A stretch of 64,000 nt of DNA from Marsupella aquatica (Eukaryota; Plantae; Marchantiophyta). The notes beneath the pieces were generated by a model that was not told the DNA's origin, did no database searches, and was given only the letters and a program-made list of their open reading frames with translations. The stretch spans positions 6,931,079-6,995,078 of the forward strand of contig OZ316898.1 of NCBI GenBank assembly GCA_973895155.1. The letters run 5' to 3'. Within the stretch, counting starts at the first letter, position 1. Each line of letters starts with the position of its first letter. Positions 28,443 through 38,830 of the stretch are shown piece by piece. A program made the translations under genes and the position numbers.

Positions 28443-30159
28443 ACTGTCGGAAGCATTCTCAACCCTGTGTATATATTCTGGTGGACCTAGCTGACACATT
28501 AGAACCACTGTTCTGGTGTTACTGCTTCTTCCAAGCTCGTCGATGCCTTCCAGCTTTGTACATTAGACACAGGGCCATCGACGACCACCCTTTGAGGGGC
28601 CTTCTGAACGGCTCCATCACTGGATAGTTGAGTAAGATTCTAAACTCTGCCCAATTTTTGAGTGGTGGAGGGAAACCGGACTGCAGTTCACTACCATTCA
28701 AGAAGTGAAGGTTGCTTCACAACTTGATGGCATTCTTATCAATGGAGGGGATAGGTTTTTTACTGATTAGTGCTGGGTGTGATCGGTTCAACACTTAATG
28801 TGCTGACAATCTCGAAACTTCTTTGTCAGTATCTTATACATTTTGAGGTTCAGAACCAGCCAACTCTCGAACGTTGTCTTTATGTTGCTGGGACACATGA
28901 GGATCTCCTGCTCCTGTGCATTGGGTAATTGTCCTGCAAGAGTACGAAGATCATTAGGTTTGTCAGCTTTTGTTGCAAAAGCCGTGTGGAAGTACGAACT
29001 GTAGAACTCAGTCGACCATCAGAGATGTGTACAGATTTCTCACTAATATTTAATAGAAAGCAGTTTACAATGAACAAATGCGGCTCAAGAAATATAATTA
29101 TCTTTGAAGATCAGCCTGGTGTAGTGAGTAGCAAGCAAATTTGTAAAATTTGGTACTTCTGTGCCGTGACAATAAAGCTACACATGATGTGTGGAGATGT
29201 TGAGATGAGCCAGGAAGGTCCTGAATTGTCTGGATTCCAAATCGATAATCATTGCTGTCGATCATCTCCTTCATGGCTTCTAGGAATCTGTATTGACCTT
29301 TTCCAGTAGAATAGCCTGATCCCCTTGAGTTGAATGTGGGATGACTTTGATTGTTGTGTATGCACCTTTGCAATGGAGGTCAACGGAAGCAAGAGTAGCT
29401 TGTAAGGACGTCCCACGGTTAGTTGAATATTTCAGGACCTAGTTGAGAAGTTCTGACTTGCTGTGAATTGGTTCGCAGTTTCAATTTGAAATGAGTATTG
29501 AATGAGATTGTCCAAGCAGTACTCAGTGTGTGGCAACTTTAGAGGGAACAATTTCCTCTGTTTTTCTTAGTCTTACTCGTGCTTCCGTCCTCATGAGCAT
29601 GAGGGGTTTCAAGCAATTTTCTCCGAAGTTCTATGCCACAAGGCAGAACTAAATCCCTTGGAAGAATGGGTAGAAACTACTGCGACTTACAAATGACTCT
29701 CTTACAAGCCTCAGAGGACACTGGATCTCTTGAGCACTTCAGATTTGGATTTCTAATAGTTATCCTACTGCAACCTTCTCCTGTAGTATTTGACTGACAG
29801 ACTTTGCTGGCCCTCTTGTTTGAAAGCTCTATGGCATCGAGCCTACTGGAAGTTGGGAGAGTGGGTATGACTACAATTTTGAAGATCATGGCTAGACTGG
29901 CCTTTGCAATCTCTACCTACCTATTGCAGACCTCATAATATCTCTCTCGTAAAACTTGCTTGTATAAGCAACATGTGCAAGTATTTGTGGAGATTGTTGA
30001 CTACTTACCACAGGGATTTGGGAGAATGACTCCATACGAATCACTCACTGCATACGAACCATTTGCCAGAGCATGAGCTATTCTTAATCCGTCTTGCATT
30101 GATTGACTTAAGTCAGTTTCTAGTTCCAACCAATCACCTGGGAAGCGTGAGGAACTTCA

Positions 30160-30395
30160 TGAGAATATGAGATGGTGGAGCTTATGAGCCCTCACATGCA
30201 CAGAAGATTGCAAACATTTATGGCAATATAGACCTTCAAAAAATTGCTAGTGTTTGAGTAGATTGACAAGAGTTTGCAATCTAATAATACATTCCTCAAA
30301 GAGCTTTTGTGTTGGAGGAAAGCATAGGAACCATGCTTAAAGCAGGTTGCGTTATTGCTTACTTTTGGGTCGGTTTGAAGCAACTTCTGGGGTAG
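30160..30395 (+). mobile_element. Degenerate LINE (L1-like) ORF2 fragment, zf-RVT region
   Basis: Frameshifted, stop-interrupted translation RWWSL*...RLQTFMA...KKLLVFE...EESIGTMLKAGCVIAYFWVGLKQLLG resembles the zf-RVT pattern W..LW...K.F.W...EESI.H.L..C..A..FW. Confidence 0.45.
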
Positions 30396-30794
30396 AGGAT
30401 CCTAAACCCTCTTAGCAGAGTGGCCCCAGGGAACTGATTTTTAAGTCCCTAATGGAATGCAAATCAGTCAAATTGAAGCGTTGTGGTGGAACTCATGTGT
30501 CTGGAAAACCAGAATCTGAAGCCAGGATGTCTCCACATTTGTCAAATTGCTTGACTTTCTCAACTGGAATGGAAACTCCCTTTTCTGCTCAGATGATCCT
30601 TACTACACCTAAAGTGAAATGTGACAGAAAACTCGTCTTTGGAAAGTAGTAGTTCTTTGGATTCTCAATGAAAGTTGGCAAAATTAGACTTATTGGAAAG
30701 ATCTTTCCCAATGGCTTCTGTCAAACCCAAGGATAGCTATTCTGATGCATTGCAAGGGAAAATTGGAGGCCAAGATCTGTTGATAAAATAATTT

Positions 30795-30870
30795 TGTGGA
30801 GGGAGGATTGGACATGGGACCTCTCCATTCTAGGCTCATCCTTTGGCCAACTGATCAAAGCCAGTTGGTT
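30795..30870 (-). mobile_element. SINE head fragment (tRNA-derived)
   Basis: Matches the 5' tRNA-like head of the full-length copy at 39396-39725. Confidence 0.75.
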
Positions 30871-30944
30871 GACTCTTTATTTCTTCTCACATGTCACTCT
30901 CCCATGTAATCTCTTATGTAATATGTATCATCTGAGAAAACAAG

Positions 30945-31710
30945 AGGGTTTTGCTTTTGTATTCACGGTTGTCCCAGCCTTCCCACACAGTTTTGCAAAC
31001 CAAGAGCTTCATCTACTGTTCACCGGAATTAGTGTTATGCAAGAATTAATGTTAGTACAAAAATTAGTGTTACTAACTTATTAACACTTATTTTAGTAAG
31101 AGTTATTTTGAGTCCAAGTACCACTTATTTTTGTCGGGTTTTCAGAATATTTCTCTTCTCTTTTGTTATAATTTCTTGTAAAAAATGGATGATCTCGAGT
31201 CCAAAATAACACTAATTATTGTGGAGTTTTTGAAATAGATATTTTCCCTCTAGTTTCCACTTTTGAGACCACAATAACATTAATTCATGTGCACAGAAAT
31301 AGTGTTAGCACAAAATTACTATGAACTAATTTGCAAGTAGACTCTGAAAGTTGGCACTCTCAAATTAGTGTTAGTCACACTAAATATAGGAAACAATGAA
31401 AACTAATTTTCAAGTAGACCCTGAAAATTGGCGTTCTCAAATTAGTGTTAGTCACACTAATTATAGGGAACAAATTAGGTATATCCAAGGAACATACTTG
31501 TTCAGGGTTTTGCCTTTTTAACCATGGTGGTGAATGTTAGCTTGTGTCAAGGCCTAGTTGCTAAGAATATTTGTTATCAAAATTTTACATTATTTTTGAT
31601 CATTAAATCTCCCTAGATTCTGGCTAATGGGGTATGTTGATAGGCGAAAATTTGACTAGTGGAACAATAAAAAAAACTAGCCAAATTTCGCCAAAAGTGA
31701 AGAAGAATTT
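30945..31710. repeat. Dispersed AT-rich repeat with ATTAGTGTTA subrepeats (non-autonomous TE)
   Basis: Homologous in reverse complement to 51330-51660 and 51925-52100, for example AAATCTCCCTAGATT versus AATCTAGGGAGATCT. Confidence 0.65.
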
Positions 31711-32941
31711 GGAGCTCAATTAATGTTCGTTACAAAAAAATCATTTTCCAGGGCTCCGTTTCAAGTGTTCGCCACTAAAAAGCACGTGTCTGATCCTTTC
31801 CAAGACGATACACTATACGATATTACAAATGGATACCGATCACGCAATGATTATACGGTACGGTACCGTACCCGAATTGCAGGTGGACAGGCAGTTGACG
31901 TCCGGCCCAAAGTCCGAGGCGTCCCGTTGCCGAGCCCAAAGTCCGAGGCGGGGTGGCAGGCTGCGCTTGGATAACGAGTTGGACCGGGAGGAGGTCTGGG
32001 TGACCAGAGAGAATCGAACAAACAGTAACACACGGTAGAAAACACAAATGCGGTACCGACGCAATTCACTCAATTCACCCAACATCTCGGGCCCATCCAC
32101 GTAAACTACGCCCGGCATGACGGTGAGGTTACACTCTATAAGTGCAATATACGTAAGTGCAAAAATAGCCAGGCGTCCCCGTTCTTCGCTACTTTGCACT
32201 TCTTTTGCACTTTTTTAAGTGCAGAGAGTAGTACACTAATGGGAAAATATGTAAGTGGATACCCTATAACGGTTTATGCACGCATGTGGGTAACCGTACA
32301 ATCCTTGGACTTTAAGAGAAATCATTTTTATGTACACTTTGCACTTAAGAGATAGGGGATCACACTTAGGGCAAGGATGTAAAATTTAGAAGGGAATTCA
32401 CAAGAATGCAGAGGGCCATTGCATATGGCGGTGCTAGCTCTTACCAACAATTCCCTATATTTGCACTTATGATAAGTGCAAACCATTGTTTCGTTTTGTA
32501 TTTTCGACTTATGGCGAGAAGTCTCCATTTAGCAAAAATTGTGTACCTCACTGGTACGGCACACTATGACCACTAGATCTATTTATGGTCAGATCTGGAC
32601 CGTTGATCTGGCAGTTATTACTAAAACTTTGTAAAAACGTACTTTGTATCATCCTCAAGCCCTCTTCATCCTCACTTGGTAGCAAATGTATGAAAATTTG
32701 CCCACAAAGGAAACAGTGGCGCAAATCCTTGAGGCTCCAGGATGCATCCTGGAGGCTTCGTGAGGGAGTGTGCACTTAGAAAGAGATTACGGTACGGTTG
32801 TACGCACGATTTTAATGCTGCGCGAGCGCGCGTGGTTCGGTGGTCCTCCAATGAGGTTGGTTGGCGGGGCCACCGGGGCGTAACTTATGACCGGGGTTAA
32901 AGTGACCGCTGCTAATTAAGTACCGGAGACCGACAGAGATC

Positions 32942-32950
32942 AAACCCTAA
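32942..32950 (+). promoter_or_regulatory. Telo-box (AAACCCTAA) near the probable TSS of the SWIB gene
   Basis: Exact motif, downstream of a GC-rich GGGGCCACC element and upstream of a GA-rich 5'UTR. Confidence 0.5.
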
Positions 32951-33502
32951 TCAAAGGCCAATTCGCTGACGAAGAATGTCGATCGAAACAGAGTCTGAGG
33001 AACGGGATTGACTTAGACGGAGAGGGAGAGAGAGAGGCAGATAGGGAGAGAGCGAGAAGGAACTCCACGTCGTGCAAAGCCTTTTAGAAGGATTTGGTGT
33101 GAGGATGAGGCGAGATTTTGGAATTGGTGCTGAAAGACAAGGAAACAAAGGGGATTGTTGAACGACGTCTGTGGCATGGCGGCTTGTGGAAGAGGATGGT
33201 GGACGACTTCGACTCGCCGGGGGCAGGGAGCCATTTGGGACGAGAGGGCGAAGAAAGAGGAGTAATTAGGGGAATGTGATGGTGTGTTCAATTCGTTCTT
33301 GTGGGGACGATTGGAGCGATGAATGCATCGTGGAAGGAGGAGGGGTCCATGCTTGACGATTGTTGAAGATCCGGGTCCGTTCGGACTTTCGAAGAGAAGC
33401 ACGGAATTTATGATGATGGAAAATTTAGTTGGTGGCATTTGACGGTGGAAAGGGAATTGAGGCAGCTGGGCGAGGCGCTCTAGCGTGAAGTAAAGGAAGA
33501 AG

Positions 33503-36228
33503 ATGGTGTCGGATGCTGACATTGTGCGGCGTCTCACCAGCGTACTTCGGAAAGCCGACCTTTCTGTGACTACCACTGCTGCTATTCGGAAGCAGTTGGA
33601 GAGAGAGCTTGGGGTAGATCTCACTGAAAGAAAGGCCTTCATACGAGAGCAGGTTGATATATATTTTCAGTCTTTAGAGCAGCCCAAAGAGGAGGACGCG
33701 GAAGAGGTGCAAGAGGACGGAGAAGTAGACGGAGAAGAGGCAGAGGAACAGGGAGAAGAAGAGCAAGAGCTAGAGCAAGAGCCAGAGCCAGAGCAAGAGG
33801 AAGCAGAGCCGGAAGAGGAAGAGGAAGTAGAACAGAGGCCTGTGAAGAGGACAAGGCAGAGTACTAGCGAGCCGGATTCCAAACGTTTTAAGGCAAAGAT
33901 CGACCGAGCCATAAGAGCCAGGTCTTTCTTCGGCATTTCCCTTCAACCTTGGCCCTTCTGCTGTCTTAATTCCATGGTATGAAAAGGCTAGGGAAGTGTT
34001 GTCATAGTGCTAATCTGAATTGCTGGGAACCCCAGCAGGATATTGATGCGGCGTTCTTTACAAGGAATTCGCAAAATGTCTTCAATGTTTGGGTTAGCTG
34101 TAGGGTGGAACAAGAACTTTTCCTAAGGAGGCTGTGGGTCTGACATAGAGTCACATTAATATCACTGGGAGTGATATGACACCTCCAGTTTGACAATTCC
34201 GGTCGCCGTCCTAAAATATTATCGCACAAGAGCCGACTAGAGCAACAGTCTGAATCTCTTCTCTCAATACAATGGTTCAAGATTCTGGCCGATAGATTGT
34301 TTTGATTTCGGTGTCCGGTGCGGGTGAAGGGAACTTCCTGGTGCGCTCTCCGCGCGATTTAGCCTGATTTTGTTTTTTGATTGTTTCCAAAACAAGTAGG
34401 AAAGGACGCTACCTCACTCGGAGTGTGTCTTTGAATGTTTATCCGGGATTCCACGACTATGCCTCCTTACACTTTGTTTCAATTTTTGTGTATTTGACCA
34501 CTCAAGCCATTATACTTATTCCGGGATAGTGGTTGCGTCACTCGGGATACATGACTATGATTCCTAGAGTCGTATGAGTAGTGTATTTGTCACCAACCGT
34601 AAATGCTATTACCCTTGTCATGGATGGTCTTCGCCGGGGCATGGAGGGTGGGTGAAGAAACAGTGAGATTCTTAGTCGTCAATGTTTTATTTCTTTTATT
34701 CTTTTCGTACATTGTTTTGATAGATTTGTGCAGACGACCGCCAGATGACCGTAGGAATACAAATATGGGGTACAAGGTACAGAGGTTATAGTCTAAGCGA
34801 TAACATAGATGCAAGAAATGATCATATTCATATGACGGGAATCGGCACAAAGTCGCGAGTTGAAGCTAGATAGTCAACGGCTATTTGATAAGCCAATATG
34901 TCCCCGCGCCAGAGGTCTAAAGTTCAATCGTCATGCGATGCTTATTGTTATCGGTGGAGCTGGAGGAATTGGGAATGCCTTAGTGGGTCACTGACACTTT
35001 CCTCACTTGCTTTGCTTGTAGTTTGCCAAAAGAGAAGAAAAAGAGGAGCGGTGGAGGTGGAGGACTGAATAAAGCTTGCGGCCTTTCTCCAGAGCTACAA
35101 GCAATTATTGGGGAACCTGAATTGCCTAGAACTCAGGTGAAGATCTTGATTGATTGGTTAAGTTTCTCTTCGGGATCTTGCGGTGACACAATGAATCGAT
35201 TCCTAGTTCTGATAGGAATGAACCGGTTCAGGACTATTGTACTCAGTCAGGTACGTGACATATTTCTGCAGGTCGTAAAGCAACTTTGGGTATACATCCG
35301 TGCGAACGAACTTCAGGATCCTGAGAACAGGAGAAAGATACTTTGCAATGATGAACTACGTGGACTATTTGGTGTGGACTCCACTGATATTTTCAAGATG
35401 AACAAGCTCTTATCCAAACACATTTGGCCTCTTGATAAACCAGCTGATGGTAAGTACGATAACGCACGAGTTTGAATTCAACTCATCGTATTGTCAGAAA
35501 GATGGCTTGAGGATAGAATAGGTTTGCACCTCATGGAAGATTTATTGAATTATTGAACTGGCAGGGGAACCTAAAGCCAAGAAGCCAAAGGCTGAGAAAG
35601 TAGTTACGGAAAGATCAAACACCGATAGGAAGGAGAATGCGAAGGTGAAGAAAGAGAGTGATAGACAAAAGAATGAGAAGAAAGAAAGTGGAAGGGGGAG
35701 AAGTTCTGGACTCCTTCCTCTGTCCGAAGCTCTCGTGGAGTTCTTGGGTACGGATGAAGAAGAAATGGAGCAGCACGAGGTTACAAAGGCTCTCTGGGAT
35801 TACATTGCTGCCAATAAATTGCAGGTATGTTATTTTATCACCTGCAGTCTCTCTGAACTAAAAATATAGCCTAGGCGTAAGGGTAGTTGTGCTTGTGGAC
35901 GTTTTGCCTTCTCCTATAAACGACTAGCGAGGATCATCCTAACTGAAAGCTAAAATTCAGCCCAGACAGGGCGAAGGCAGTCACTATTAAGTGTTACCCT
36001 GCCACTTAGTGTGAAGGCTGCTTTTGCTGGTCTTCTTGTATTTGTACAAGCGAATAGCTCTGCTGCATTCAGGATGTCTCATCCCTTTGTTTATATCATC
36101 AATGTTCGCAGGATCCCGCAGACAAGAAGACTATAATTTGTGATGAGAAGCTTCAAGATCTTTTCGGATGTGAAACATTTGTTGGGTTTAGCCTCACCAA
36201 GCTTTTAGCCCCCCATCTGAAAGGGTAA
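33503..36228 (+). CDS. DEK-C + two SWIB/MDM2 domain protein (UAF30/Spp27-like)
   Basis: Exons 33503-33921, 35022-35136, 35272-35449, 35565-35824, 36112-36228. N-terminal DEK-C (MVSDADIVRRL...LGVDLTERKAFIREQVD), Glu-rich linker, SWIB1 (LSPELQAIIG...RTQVVKQLWVYIRANELQDP...MNKLLSKHI) and SWIB2 (LSEALVEFLG...LWDYIAANKLQDPADK...LTKLLAPHL). Confidence 0.93.
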
Positions 36229-38830
36229 ATTTATACACGTAGGAGCATACTTCAGGAACCCATGGTTGTCTTCGATCCTCGGTAAGAAGGCTTTATGTAA
36301 CACAGTAGAAAGAGGATCTAAGTTCAAACTTTTAATACATTTTGGTTCAGGTGCCATTCTTACCAAGTCAGGCACAAAACATAGTTACTCCTATCTCTCA
36401 AAGGGCACAGTCAAACATGCAAATCAAAGTGCAGCTTACTGGGGTGACAACATCGCCTTCGTCCCAGAAGGCAAGGATTCCTCAATCAAAGGAGAGGGCT
36501 TAGCCTATATCTTGGCAGTTGAGTCGCGAGTCAAACTCACTGAAGGCCATTCTGTGGAGGCATACTAAGGACTTTTCTGAGGTTTTTTTCTTTCTTTCTT
36601 TTGATTACAAAGTTGTTCACTAACTTGGCTGGCTCGTGTTATAAGTATATGTTCTTACGGGTCTTGATCTTGGGTTTTACATAGGAGCAATCTTCGTTAT
36701 CTCGATCGTTGTGGGTCTCTACGATTTGTTATGGCAGTGAGATTGTGGATTGGTACTAACTTGCTTACTCTTGCAATTGGAAATGTTCGGCAAGTGAATT
36801 CCATACAGGCTTTGTCTACTGAAATTGGGCATACGATATAGATGCTAAGAGGGTCTTAAGTGTTTCAATATACTGATTATGAAAGAGGATGTGCAACCGA
36901 TTCAGTATTCTGGTATTGTGTGAGTAGCTTCACAGTACACACTATGAGCGGTTAAAGTCCAGTGGTTCCAGTCTGCTTGCGGTATACATCAGTAGGCTGG
37001 AGTTTCTAGGATTGCTTCGTGTCTCTTGGATTAAAATGCGGCCAAGGACCTGTAAGGGTTTCGGGAGCAACGAAGTTTGTCTGAATGGACCAACTTTTCT
37101 GAGGTCGATATCAGGAAGGAGTTCAATTTCTACCCAGGTTTTGGTAGCCATCATGGCCTTGGTGTCATTTCATAGTTTGGCTCGGCTTCGAATAGAATCT
37201 GTATGGTCCAAACTTCTTGTGATGGTGGTAACAAGGCGGAGTCATTTTAACTCTCTTTTTTGCGTTCAAATCGAGGGCGCTACTGTCCAAGTATCTGATT
37301 ATTTTCTAGCGTTTTGTAGCGACCTTGTTCTTGCATTGTGTCCTTTGAGTTGTTACTGTGAAGTTGGAAATTCTTACTGGCGTGAAACATGACATCCTGT
37401 GGCGCGTGATCCAAATCTTGTTACTTTTTAATCCGCTCAGATTGCAATGCAGACAGTTGGTTACTTAAGGACTAATTTGGGTAACAATGGAGATGTTCTA
37501 CATGAGGGCAGGACATGTGAGTTGTTTTTGAGCAGGAACATTTAACTTCTTTTCTGTGCTACTTGAAAATATTGCAAAAATCTTCATGAACTTGGGATTT
37601 GTTGGTTTTCACGAGGCTTACAAGATTTTTCTTTTTGTATACTTCGTCGATTCTAATTGATAATGTGAATGTCTTACAAGTTCTTCGACTCGACAATGGT
37701 GCGGTGCAATCTTGACGGGTGACCAGCATTTACTGGAACGCATCCCTGGTTTCCTGTGCGTGATTGGATTGTTATTTTGTAAGTTCTGATTGGGTCTTGT
37801 CGGAAGATGGACTCTGCGTGAATGGTATCTTTACGTCATTTGTTTGGTTCTCTCAATCACGAGGTCCCTGAACCGGAAGTTTCTTATGTTCTGCATTTAT
37901 CGTGTAGTCCCATCTTAGTTTCGCTTCGGACTCCCCCCTCAAACGGGGGTATCCAAACAAAGGTGAGGTGATGGGTTCCGGAAGACAAAGTTGGAGAGTT
38001 AAATTTTTATTGAGAACGGGTGAATGCATATCTTTAATATTTAATCTGTAGTCCCGGTTCTGAGTTTTTATTTGTAATTGGGTCCTACCTATCCAGGACA
38101 ACAATATGTGATCCTGTTGCATGCAATTTGTTGTTGGACGGTCTCTATCCGGGACAACAAAGATTTTTAACTGTGAAAGGGATTTTCTTTATCTAGGGCA
38201 ACTAAGTAGTAGGTTAATTGTTCTTTATCTAAGATAACAAAGTAGCGGGCATTATATAATGGGCAAGGCACTTTTGTATTGAATGGACACTGGTTTACGA
38301 AATACTTTTTGTACACTAATGTAAGAATTCTTTGGCAGGGACCAGAGCACATTAATGCTGTGTCTTGGGAAATGTCCAAAGTGAAAGCCCTCCAGAACAT
38401 AACCGTGAGGCTTTTATTTAGGACAAATCTCTCTCGACCCCCGCCCCTCTATTAGGACAACCTCTCCTGACCCTCGGCCCCTTTACTAAGGACAATCTTC
38501 TCCCAGGAGAGCGCTTTACCTAACACAAAGAAGGATACAATGAAACAAGGGGAGAGAATTGAGCAAGAGTATCCAATGATTGGACTTTGTTCATTGAAGT
38601 GAGGAATGAAGCCTAAGAACTTTCTTCATTGAGTTGGGACTCCGCGAATGTCTGACAGACTTCAGCTGTTTCTCCGCTTCACCAAACTGGAAGTAATTGA
38701 CAGTATTGGAAGAGTCTCAACTACTTAATTCCAATGACCCTAAAATCATCTGGTTTCGACTAGAAAGCAGAAGCGATCTTCCAAAGTCCCCTGCCCGGCT
38801 GAGACTGTTCTTTACAAGATACTTCCTTTT

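Noticed and set aside
29677-30035. Possible two-exon minus-strand ORF (MESFSQIPV|VEIAK...)
   Set aside because: Lies next to a degenerate LINE remnant and could not be extended into a credible protein.
33013-33936. Minus-strand ORFs of 209, 71 and 89 aa
   Set aside because: Antisense to the purine-rich 5'UTR and Glu-rich exon of the SWIB gene; low-complexity translations.
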